From: Bacillota bacterium
Lineage (GTDB): Bacteria > Bacillota > Clostridia > Peptostreptococcales > Anaerovoracaceae
NCBI GenBank assembly: GCA_029008005.1
Contig: JAQXIX010000026.1
Coordinates: 3,870-67,869, forward strand
DNA length: 64,000 nt
Reading direction: 5' to 3'
A program made the position numbers and the translations under genes. Under the pieces are notes generated by a model. It searched no databases. It was not told the origin of the DNA and worked only from the letters and a program-made list of their open reading frames with translations. How positions within the stretch are numbered: the first letter of the stretch is position 1; the number at the start of each line of letters is the position of its first letter. Positions 19,349 to 26,832 of this stretch are shown piece after piece.

Positions 19349-20641
19349 ATGATGAAGGTACTCGTTTTAGGTGTAGGCGCACAGGGAAGTGCGGCAGCCA
19401 GAAGATTAGACGAAGAACCTGAAGTGAATGAAATCGTGTGTGCAGATTATGATGCAAAGGCAGTAGAAAGCCTGGTTGCGCAGCTGAAAAAAGGCAGAGG
19501 CGTTCAGGTTGATGCACATAATCTCGAAAGTATTATCAAGGCGGCAGAGGGTGTTGATCTTATTATTAACGGACTGCCTCTTGAGTGCACCGAAAATGTT
19601 CTCGAAGCAGCATTGGCAGTAAAGGCACATTATCAGGATTATGCGGGAACAATTTCTCTTTATGAAAAATGGCTTAACAGCGAAGAAAGAAAAGAACATC
19701 CGGAAGAACCGGATGTGGAAAATCTCGGCACATTAAACTGGTACAGGAGCCTTTGCGCTATGTATTACATTTACGGACCGAAGTTCGAGAAGATTAACAG
19801 ACTCTGTCTCTTCGGAACGGGATCGGCACCGGGACTTATCTGTGCGGCAACAAAGAAATCAATGAGATATCTTGACAGCTGTGAGACTATATATAATTTC
19901 GTCTGGGAAGGCGTTACAGCTAAACGCTTCCAGCCTTTCTGGTGGTCGCCGGTTACGGCACTGACTGATATGAGCGAGATGGCTATTGCTGTTGAAGACG
20001 GTAAGCTGATAAACACACCGGCTTTCGGCAATGACCTGGCGAGAAAATTTGTGGAGAATGACGAACCGATAGTGTTCAGAGAACACAGCCATGACGAGCC
20101 GCTTCAGTATTTCTTCAATAAGGATACCCATTTCAAGGGGCTCAAGAACGCATATTTCAAGTATGCAGGCGCAGGAATGGATTTCGCCAAACCTATGTAC
20201 GAAGCAGGACTTCTCAGCCACGAACCGGAAATGTTCGAGGGCAGAGAGATAATTCCTTTCAAATTTATCCTGGATCACATTCCGCCGGCTCCGAAATACA
20301 GAGAAGAAATACAGGAAATAATTGATGAAGGGCTGGCTCTTGATTCCGGATGTATGGTAATTGAAGCTTACGGTAAAAAGGATGGGAAGGATATCCTTGT
20401 TGAGACACATGTAAACGCTCCGGGATTTGTTGAATCCTTTGAACGTGCCGGAATGACAGCGGAAATGTATCTGACAGGACAGGGAGGATATCTGTTCTCA
20501 AAGCTTTTCCTCGATGGATCCTTCGGGGGAATGAGCGGTGTAATCTCATCGGATATGATTACTCAGCAGCAGGTCGATAAATATTTCGAATACGCTGCTG
20601 AGCTGGGAATCACACTGGATACGGAAGTGAAAGAATTATAA
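19349..20641 (+). CDS. Saccharopine dehydrogenase/carboxynorspermidine dehydrogenase-like oxidoreductase
   Basis: Rossmann motif GVGAQG, HYQDYA, GTGSAPG and HSHDEP; SD GAGGTG. Confidence 0.8.
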   Translation: MMKVLVLGVGAQGSAAARRLDEEPEVNEIVCADYDAKAVESLVAQLKKGRGVQVDAHNLESIIKAAEGVDLIINGLPLECTENVLEAALAVKAHYQDYAGTISLYEKWLNSEERKEHPEEPDVENLGTLNWYRSLCAMYYIYGPKFEKINRLCLFGTGSAPGLICAATKKSMRYLDSCETIYNFVWEGVTAKRFQPFWWSPVTALTDMSEMAIAVEDGKLINTPAFGNDLARKFVENDEPIVFREHSHDEPLQYFFNKDTHFKGLKNAYFKYAGAGMDFAKPMYEAGLLSHEPEMFEGREIIPFKFILDHIPPAPKYREEIQEIIDEGLALDSGCMVIEAYGKKDGKDILVETHVNAPGFVESFERAGMTAEMYLTGQGGYLFSKLFLDGSFGGMSGVISSDMITQQQVDKYFEYAAELGITLDTEVKEL

Positions 20642-20896
20642 CTTATTACCTTTACGTGCCTTGACACATTCAGTGAGCAGGAATTCCACCTGGCTGTTGA
20701 TGGACCTGAAGTCCTCTTCAGCCCAGGTGGCGATTTCGTTCCATAAGGATGGTGAAAGGCGCAGAATCATTTGCTTCTTGCTTTTTTCTTTATCTTTAAT
20801 TTTTTTTTCGCGTCGCTTGATTTCCTCTTCAAGTGATTTGATTTTTTCCAGCCTCTTTTCGAGAAGCGCTTCTTTTTTTTCAAGATTATCTGTCAC
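20636..20896 (-). CDS. Arc/ribbon-helix-helix DNA-binding protein with an N-terminal coiled coil
   Basis: KKQMILRLSPSLWNEIATWAEEDFRSINSQVEFLL matches the RHH pattern; SD AGGAG with a GTG start. Confidence 0.8.
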   Translation of the reverse strand: MTDNLEKKEALLEKRLEKIKSLEEEIKRREKKIKDKEKSKKQMILRLSPSLWNEIATWAEEDFRSINSQVEFLLTECVKARKGNKL

Positions 20897-20931
20897 TGTT
20901 AAACTCCTTAGGGGTTGTCGTCTGTTTTATG

Positions 20932-21912
20932 CTAATAGAGACTGCCGCTGTTTATTACAGGCTGAGTGTCCTTGTCGCCGCAGAGAACCACGAGAAGGTT
21001 TGACACCATCGCTGCCTTTCTCTCGTCGTCCAGAATAATAAGGTCATCTTCTTCGAGACGATCGAGCGCCATTTTAACCATTCCTACGGCACCTTCGACA
21101 ATCTGCTCTCTGGCGGCGATTGTTGCAGCAGCCTGCTGGCGTTTAAGCATTGCTGCGGCTATTTCTTCCGAATATGCCAGATGTGTGATTCTGACTTCGA
21201 GAATCTCTATACCTGCTTCATCGGCCTTTGCCTGAAGTTCGTCCTTCATTCTGGCAGCTATTTCGAGGCTCGAACCGCGAAGAGTCATCTCATCATCGCC
21301 TGCGACAGAATCATAAGGGTACAGGCGTGCTATGTTTCTGATTGTTGAATCGCACTGAGTCGAAAGATAGTCGAAATAGTTTTCAACGTTAAATACAGCC
21401 TTCGTCGGGTTGGAAACTCTCCATATTACAACAGAACCGATAATGACCGGATTGCCGTGAATATCATTGACTTTCTGCTGTGAATTATTCAGTGTGATTG
21501 TTTTAGTCGAAACTTTTCTGTTTGTTACCGCCGCTTTTTTTCTCGAAGATTTTTTTCCGGATTCCAGAATCTCCGCAGCAGAAGAGTCTGCAGGCTTGTC
21601 GGCGGTTGCCGTCGGGTTAAATGCAGTGCAGAAAGGATTTACGAAATAAAATCCCGAATCCTTGATTGTTCCGTGATATTTACCGAACAAAGTCAGCACG
21701 AGGGCTTCGTTAGGGTTAACGATTTTAAGACCTGCGGAAAGAATAGGGAAAACAATACACATCAGGACTCCCAGGCAGATGATTACCCCTGATTCATTGA
21801 TTCCTCCCAGCACACATAAAACGATACCTGCAAGTGTACCGGCGATAAGAAGAATCATCATAAGCATACCGGAAGCCGGATTTAATGTTTTCTCTGTAAT
21901 CTGTGTATTCAT
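20932..21912 (-). CDS. SPFH/Band 7 (stomatin-like) membrane protein
   Basis: Two N-terminal TMs, KVND..GNP, HLAYSEEIAAAML.RQQA and MVSNLLVVLC. Confidence 0.9.
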   Translation of the reverse strand: MNTQITEKTLNPASGMLMMILLIAGTLAGIVLCVLGGINESGVIICLGVLMCIVFPILSAGLKIVNPNEALVLTLFGKYHGTIKDSGFYFVNPFCTAFNPTATADKPADSSAAEILESGKKSSRKKAAVTNRKVSTKTITLNNSQQKVNDIHGNPVIIGSVVIWRVSNPTKAVFNVENYFDYLSTQCDSTIRNIARLYPYDSVAGDDEMTLRGSSLEIAARMKDELQAKADEAGIEILEVRITHLAYSEEIAAAMLKRQQAAATIAAREQIVEGAVGMVKMALDRLEEDDLIILDDERKAAMVSNLLVVLCGDKDTQPVINSGSLY

Positions 21913-21934
21913 AATATACCTCCTTTTAATATCT

Positions 21935-21973
21935 TTATGATATCATAATAATATCATATAACAATCCTGTCAA
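21935..21973 (-). promoter_or_regulatory. sigmaA promoter of the SPFH-RHH operon with an overlapping palindromic operator
   Basis: Minus-strand TTGACA-17-TATTAT, with a perfect palindrome TTATGATATCATAA at 21935-21948. Confidence 0.7.
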
Positions 21974-21988
21974 CCTCCTTTTGGATTA

Positions 21989-22016
21989 TTGACATTTCTA
22001 CTTCAGATGATAGAAT
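21989..22016 (+). promoter_or_regulatory. sigmaA promoter of the DMT-DMT-rSAM operon
   Basis: TTGACA-16-TAGAAT with an extended TG. Confidence 0.65.
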
Positions 22017-22059
22017 TTTTGTAAGTTGTAACAGAATATAAACAGTGGGGAGAAAACAA

Positions 22060-22950
22060 ATGAAAAACGCTAAACTTCTGGGAACGGCATGTATTATTAT
22101 TACAACGGTTTGCTACGGGTTGATTCCGTCACTTTCGTTTATGGCTTTTAATGCAGGCGTTGCAACGGAAACGCTACTTTTTGACAAATTCCTTTATGCT
22201 GCGATACTTATGTGGGCGTTTATTTTTATAAGAAAAATAGACTTCAGACTCAGCCGCGGTGCAAGAGGACCGATGATTGCCATTATGCTTTCGTACATCG
22301 GCATAGCCACCTTCCTGTATCTGGCTTTTGATTATATAAGCGGCTCGCTGGCTACGATAATATCTTTCACATATCCGGCCATTGTAATTGCAATAGAAAT
22401 GCTTAGGGGAAGGGAGAGAAAGAGTCTGATAAAGGTTCTGGCTGTTATCATCTCTCTGGTTGGAATGTGCCTTATTGTCTGGTCTCCGGATATGAAAATA
22501 CAGATATTAGGCGTACTGTTCGCATTTATCTGTGCACTGTGTTATACGGTGTATATAATTGAGCTTTCGGACGACAGGCTGGAAGGTATTCACCCTCTTG
22601 TTACTCCTGCTTATGTTCTGGCTGCATCTGCAGTATTTAACTTTGTCAGATGCCTGGTGAGCGGACAGCCTCTGTTTACATCAGATGCAACACAGTTCGG
22701 GTATATGCTTTTGCTTGCTGTGGTCTGTGCGTTTATTGCTATTTTGTGCTACTGCGTCGGAGTTAGACTTATCGGGCCGAGCAATGCGTCGATAATCAAT
22801 ACCTTTGAGCCGGCGTGTGCGTGTGTTTTCGGATACTTCCTCATTGGAGATCAGATAACCTTATCAATGATAATAGGAGGCGGACTTATTATTGTAGCTG
22901 TTCTGCTTACAAGTCTTCCGGACAAGAAGGGAGCTGTGAGCGGTGAATAA
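22060..22950 (+). CDS. DMT/EamA-family transporter
   Basis: About ten TMs; ASIINTFEP...FLIGD motif. Confidence 0.85.
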   Translation: MKNAKLLGTACIIITTVCYGLIPSLSFMAFNAGVATETLLFDKFLYAAILMWAFIFIRKIDFRLSRGARGPMIAIMLSYIGIATFLYLAFDYISGSLATIISFTYPAIVIAIEMLRGRERKSLIKVLAVIISLVGMCLIVWSPDMKIQILGVLFAFICALCYTVYIIELSDDRLEGIHPLVTPAYVLAASAVFNFVRCLVSGQPLFTSDATQFGYMLLLAVVCAFIAILCYCVGVRLIGPSNASIINTFEPACACVFGYFLIGDQITLSMIIGGGLIIVAVLLTSLPDKKGAVSGE

Positions 22951-23842
22951 ACTGAAGGGGGAATTACTTCTTCTTATAGCGGCGGTCATTTGGGGCAGCT
23001 CTTTCATCTTTCAGAAAATGGGTATGGATTATATCGGCCCCCTGACGTTCACTTTTTTCAGGTTCGGAATCGGAGCGGTAGCTATGATTCCTGTTATGAA
23101 GGTTTCTGACGGAATTAAGAAGCGTCGTGATGAATGTAATATAATTTCTCTGAGAAACAGACTTCTTGTTACGGGCGGTATTCTTGTTGGGGTATCCAAC
23201 TTTGCTGCGGCAACTCTTCAGCAGGGAGGGTTGGTATTCACGACTGCCGGGAAGGCGGGATTCATTACGACTATGGATATGGCCATAGTTCCGTTTATAC
23301 TGATTTTGCTCAAAAGAAAGGTGCCGGCTCTTACATGGACAGGAGTGGCCATCGCCATGGTGGGTATGTACCTGTTGTGTATGAAAGAAGGCTTCAGTGT
23401 AAACAAAGGCGATTTGCTGTGTTTTGCCGGAGCGGCGGGATACGCTGTTCAAATTATACTTATAGATGCCTATGTGGATAAGGTGGATCCCATTAAGCTT
23501 GCTTTTTTTGAATTCGCCGTTACAGCGGTGATTGCGCTTCCTTTCGCAATAATATTTGAGGGTATAAATCTGACGCTTGTGGCTCAGTGCGCTATTCCTC
23601 TTCTATATACGGCGATTCTGGAAGTGTGCGTGGCATTTTCCCTTCAGATGATAGGGCAGAAATATGCACCGCCTGCAATAGCCACGATTATAATGTCCCT
23701 TGAGTCGGTATTCGCTGTTATTTGCGGAGCATTGTTTCTCGGGGAAGTAATGGCGGGAAGAGAAATTACAGGATGTGTTATTATGTTTGCTGCGCTTATT
23801 ATTGCGCAGATACCGGAGATGAGAAATGACGACAGTATATGA
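22943..23842 (+). CDS. DMT/EamA-family transporter
   Basis: IWGSSF, TTAGKAGFIT and IMSLESVFA...FLGE motifs; the GTG start overlaps the previous stop. Confidence 0.88.
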   Translation: MNKLKGELLLLIAAVIWGSSFIFQKMGMDYIGPLTFTFFRFGIGAVAMIPVMKVSDGIKKRRDECNIISLRNRLLVTGGILVGVSNFAAATLQQGGLVFTTAGKAGFITTMDMAIVPFILILLKRKVPALTWTGVAIAMVGMYLLCMKEGFSVNKGDLLCFAGAAGYAVQIILIDAYVDKVDPIKLAFFEFAVTAVIALPFAIIFEGINLTLVAQCAIPLLYTAILEVCVAFSLQMIGQKYAPPAIATIIMSLESVFAVICGALFLGEVMAGREITGCVIMFAALIIAQIPEMRNDDSI

Positions 23843-24416
23843 TTATTTCGGCGGGTTATATATTAATCTTACGAACAGATGCCCGTGCAGATGTGAATTC
23901 TGTGTGAGGAATTACACAGACAATCTGGGGTCGGCGGATTCGCTGTTTCTGGATCATGAACCTACCGTTGAGGAAATAAAGAATGAGTTGAGAAAGTGGG
24001 ATGTTTCAAAGTATGAAGAAGTAATATTCTGCGGTTACGGAGAACCTACAGAAAGGCTGGACGACCTTCTGGTGATTGCTCGCTGGATCAGTGCTTCCTA
24101 TGGCAAGCCGGTAAGAATTAATACTAACGGTCTCGCGGATCTGATATGGAACCGTGATACGGCGAAGGATCTGAAGGGCGTTGTCAATGCTGTTTCTATA
24201 AGCTTGAACGAAGCTGACAGTGAGAAGTACAACAGCCTTTGTCATCCGAAATTCGGTGAAGGATCATATGATGCCATTTTGAATTACATAAAGGAAGTAA
24301 AGAAATATGTGCCGAGTGTTACTGTTTCTGTTGTCGGAAGCGCCATATCCCGCGAATCTGTTGAAAAGTGCAGAGAAATGGCGGGAGAAATGGGCGTAAT
24401 GTTCAGAGTAAGATAG
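23826..24416 (+). CDS. Short radical SAM protein (TatD-associated/TIGR04100-like)
   Basis: LYINLTNRCPCRCEFC (CxxxCxxC), FCGYGEPT, RINTNG and SISLN motifs. Confidence 0.85.
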   Translation: MTTVYDYFGGLYINLTNRCPCRCEFCVRNYTDNLGSADSLFLDHEPTVEEIKNELRKWDVSKYEEVIFCGYGEPTERLDDLLVIARWISASYGKPVRINTNGLADLIWNRDTAKDLKGVVNAVSISLNEADSEKYNSLCHPKFGEGSYDAILNYIKEVKKYVPSVTVSVVGSAISRESVEKCREMAGEMGVMFRVR

Positions 24417-24425
24417 GAGTATGTC

Positions 24426-24647
24426 ATGAACTTAAACGGATTGTTCAGAATAAAACAGTCTAAAGATATTTTTTTCAGAAATCATCCTAAGGCTGAAACC
24501 TTTGCTGAAGAAATAAAGAGCAAAGGCTTTTGTGAGGGGATGGAAATCGCTGTCGCAGTAAGATACCCTGACGGAACGGAACACAAGACAGGGATTCGTG
24601 TACAGGCTTCGGATATGCAGCTTTTGAATACATTCAGAGAGCTGTAA
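24426..24647 (+). CDS. Small hypothetical protein (73 aa)
   Basis: SD AGGAG; the F.RNHPK motif resembles a conserved clostridial small protein. Confidence 0.7.
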   Translation: MNLNGLFRIKQSKDIFFRNHPKAETFAEEIKSKGFCEGMEIAVAVRYPDGTEHKTGIRVQASDMQLLNTFREL

Positions 24648-24675
24648 AAAATATAATGTAACTTCAGACCTTCTC

Positions 24676-24704
24676 TTGACATGGTCAAGATGAAGGTCTA
24701 TTAT
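24676..24704 (+). promoter_or_regulatory. sigmaA promoter of htpG
   Basis: TTGACA-17-TATTAT immediately before the CIRCE. Confidence 0.8.
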
Positions 24705-24708
24705 ATAG

Positions 24709-24735
24709 TTAGCACTCGATACGAGTGAGTGCTAA
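24709..24735 (+). promoter_or_regulatory. CIRCE element (HrcA operator)
   Basis: Perfect TTAGCACTC-N9-GAGTGCTAA. Confidence 0.96.
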
Positions 24736-24779
24736 TAAAATAGAAAAAAATAAATATATCATATAAGGGGGCATAATTT

Positions 24780-26684
24780 ATGGCAAAAAGAAAATTCAAG
24801 GCGGAATCAAAGAAACTGCTGGACATGATGATTAACTCCATATATACACACAAGGAGATTTTTCTCAGAGAGCTGATTTCAAATGCTAGCGATGCGATTG
24901 ACAAGCTGTACTACAGGGCACTCGGCGATGATAGTGTTAAAGTGACGCGTGAAGATTTTGCGATATGGCTGAAGGTTGATAAAGAAAGCAGAACTCTTAC
25001 TGTTACCGATAACGGAATCGGAATGGACGAGGAGGAATTGGAATCGAATCTGGGAACTATTGCTAAAAGCGGTTCTCTCGACTTTAAGCAGAAGATGGAA
25101 GAAAACGATGAGGTGGACATTATCGGTCAGTTCGGTGTCGGATTCTATTCAGCGTTCATGGTAAGTGACAAGGTTGTTGTAAATACGAAGCCTTACGGTG
25201 GGAAGACCGGATGGACATGGACATCCGAAGGCGCTGACGGATACACAATAAGCGAGAATCCCGAGGCTGCTCAGGGAACAGAAATTATTCTTCATATTAA
25301 GGAAGATACAGAAGACGAAAAGTACGAAGATTATCTTAATCAGTACCAGATTTCGAGCCTCGTGAAGAAATATTCGGACTATATCGGATGGCCGATTAAA
25401 ATGGAAATGGAAACAAGCAGGCTTAAGGAGGGAACAGGTGTTGAAGATGAAAAGGGAGAACAGATTCCTCCGGAATACGAAACCGTTTCCGAGGAGAGAA
25501 CTCTGAACAGCATGGTTCCTCTGTGGAGAAAAAACAAGAGCGAAATCGAAGAGGAAGAATATAACAGTTACTATAAAGAAAAATTCTACGATTTCACCGA
25601 TCCTGCCGCTGTAATCCATACAAAAGCAGAAGGAATGGTATCTTACGATGCGCTGCTTTTCGTACCGCAAAAGGCTCCTTTCAATTATTATTCGAAAGAA
25701 TATGAGAGAGGGCTGGCTCTCTACACAAACGGCGTTATGATTATGGAAAAATGCCCGGATCTTGTGCCTGAATACTTCAGCTTCGTGCGTGGTGTTGTCG
25801 ACAGCTCGGATCTTTCTCTTAATATTTCCAGAGAACTGCTTCAGCATGACAGACAGCTGAAACTAATAGAAAAGAATATTGAAAAGAAAATCAGCAACGA
25901 ACTCATGAAGATGCAGAAGGATGACAGAGAAAAATACGAAAAATTCTTTGAAGAATTCGGAATGCAGATAAAGTTCGGCGTTTATGACGGATACGGAATG
26001 AACAAGGATAAGCTTCAGGACCTGGTGATGTTCTATTCGTCTCTTGAGCAAAAACTTGTAACTCTGAAGGAGTACGTTCTCAGAATGAAGCCTGATCAGG
26101 ATAAAATTTATTATGCGACAGGCGAAACGACGGCTATGATAGATGCACTCCCTCAGGTTGATGCCGTTAAAGACAAGGGGTATGAGATTCTGTATATGAC
26201 AGATGCTGTCGACGAATTTGCTGTTATGGCAATACATGAGTATGAAGAAAAAGGCTTCGTAAATATCTGCTCGGACAGCTTCGATATGGGAACTGAAGAA
26301 GAGAAGGAAGAACTGAAGAAAGTCAACGAAGAGGCCGGAGATGTGCTTAAGGCAATTAAAGAAGCCCTGGGTGACAGAGTTCAGGAAGTAAGATTCACGA
26401 ATAAACTTAAGAATTATCCTGTGTGTCTGACAAGTGAAGGTGAACTTTCTATAGAAATGGAAAAGGCTCTCAATGCTATGCCGACAGGTGAGAAAGTTAA
26501 GGCTCAGGTATCTTTAGATATTAATGCTGAACATCCGCTGGCAGAGAAACTCAGGAATCTTTCGGGTAATGAGCAAAAGCTTAAGGATTATGCGGAAATC
26601 CTGTATGCGCAGGCGAGGATGATTGCGGGGTTATCGGTGGAAAATCCTGCCGAACTCAGCAACCTGATATGCAATTTAATGTAA
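24780..26684 (+). CDS. htpG: Molecular chaperone HtpG (Hsp90)
   Basis: EIFLRELISNASDA, DNGIGM, IGQFGVGFYS and LNISRE motifs. Confidence 0.97.
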   Translation: MAKRKFKAESKKLLDMMINSIYTHKEIFLRELISNASDAIDKLYYRALGDDSVKVTREDFAIWLKVDKESRTLTVTDNGIGMDEEELESNLGTIAKSGSLDFKQKMEENDEVDIIGQFGVGFYSAFMVSDKVVVNTKPYGGKTGWTWTSEGADGYTISENPEAAQGTEIILHIKEDTEDEKYEDYLNQYQISSLVKKYSDYIGWPIKMEMETSRLKEGTGVEDEKGEQIPPEYETVSEERTLNSMVPLWRKNKSEIEEEEYNSYYKEKFYDFTDPAAVIHTKAEGMVSYDALLFVPQKAPFNYYSKEYERGLALYTNGVMIMEKCPDLVPEYFSFVRGVVDSSDLSLNISRELLQHDRQLKLIEKNIEKKISNELMKMQKDDREKYEKFFEEFGMQIKFGVYDGYGMNKDKLQDLVMFYSSLEQKLVTLKEYVLRMKPDQDKIYYATGETTAMIDALPQVDAVKDKGYEILYMTDAVDEFAVMAIHEYEEKGFVNICSDSFDMGTEEEKEELKKVNEEAGDVLKAIKEALGDRVQEVRFTNKLKNYPVCLTSEGELSIEMEKALNAMPTGEKVKAQVSLDINAEHPLAEKLRNLSGNEQKLKDYAEILYAQARMIAGLSVENPAELSNLICNLM

Positions 26685-26698
26685 AAAATATAATAACG

Positions 26699-26745
26699 AA
26701 TAAAAAACTGCACTATTATTGTGAATAATAGTGCAGTTTTTTATT
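26699..26745 (+). terminator. Rho-independent terminator after htpG
   Basis: 22-bp perfect stem AATAAAAAACTGCACTATTATT-GTG-AATAATAGTGCAGTTTTTTATT. Confidence 0.85.
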
Positions 26746-26764
26746 ATAATGAATTAAGATGTTC

Positions 26765-26793
26765 TTGAAATCGGTGAAATTAGATAATATATT
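26765..26793 (+). promoter_or_regulatory. Putative sigmaA promoter of HTH-ligase copy 1
   Basis: TTGAAA-17-TATATT, the same layout as the copy 2 promoter. Confidence 0.6.
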
Positions 26794-26832
26794 TTATGTT
26801 AATAAGATACTGATTAAACCAGAGGAGAGATA

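Noticed and set aside
26699-26745. Long perfect inverted repeat as a MITE/REP element
   Set aside because: It is single-copy in the window, directly follows htpG and carries a T-tract, so a terminator explains it.
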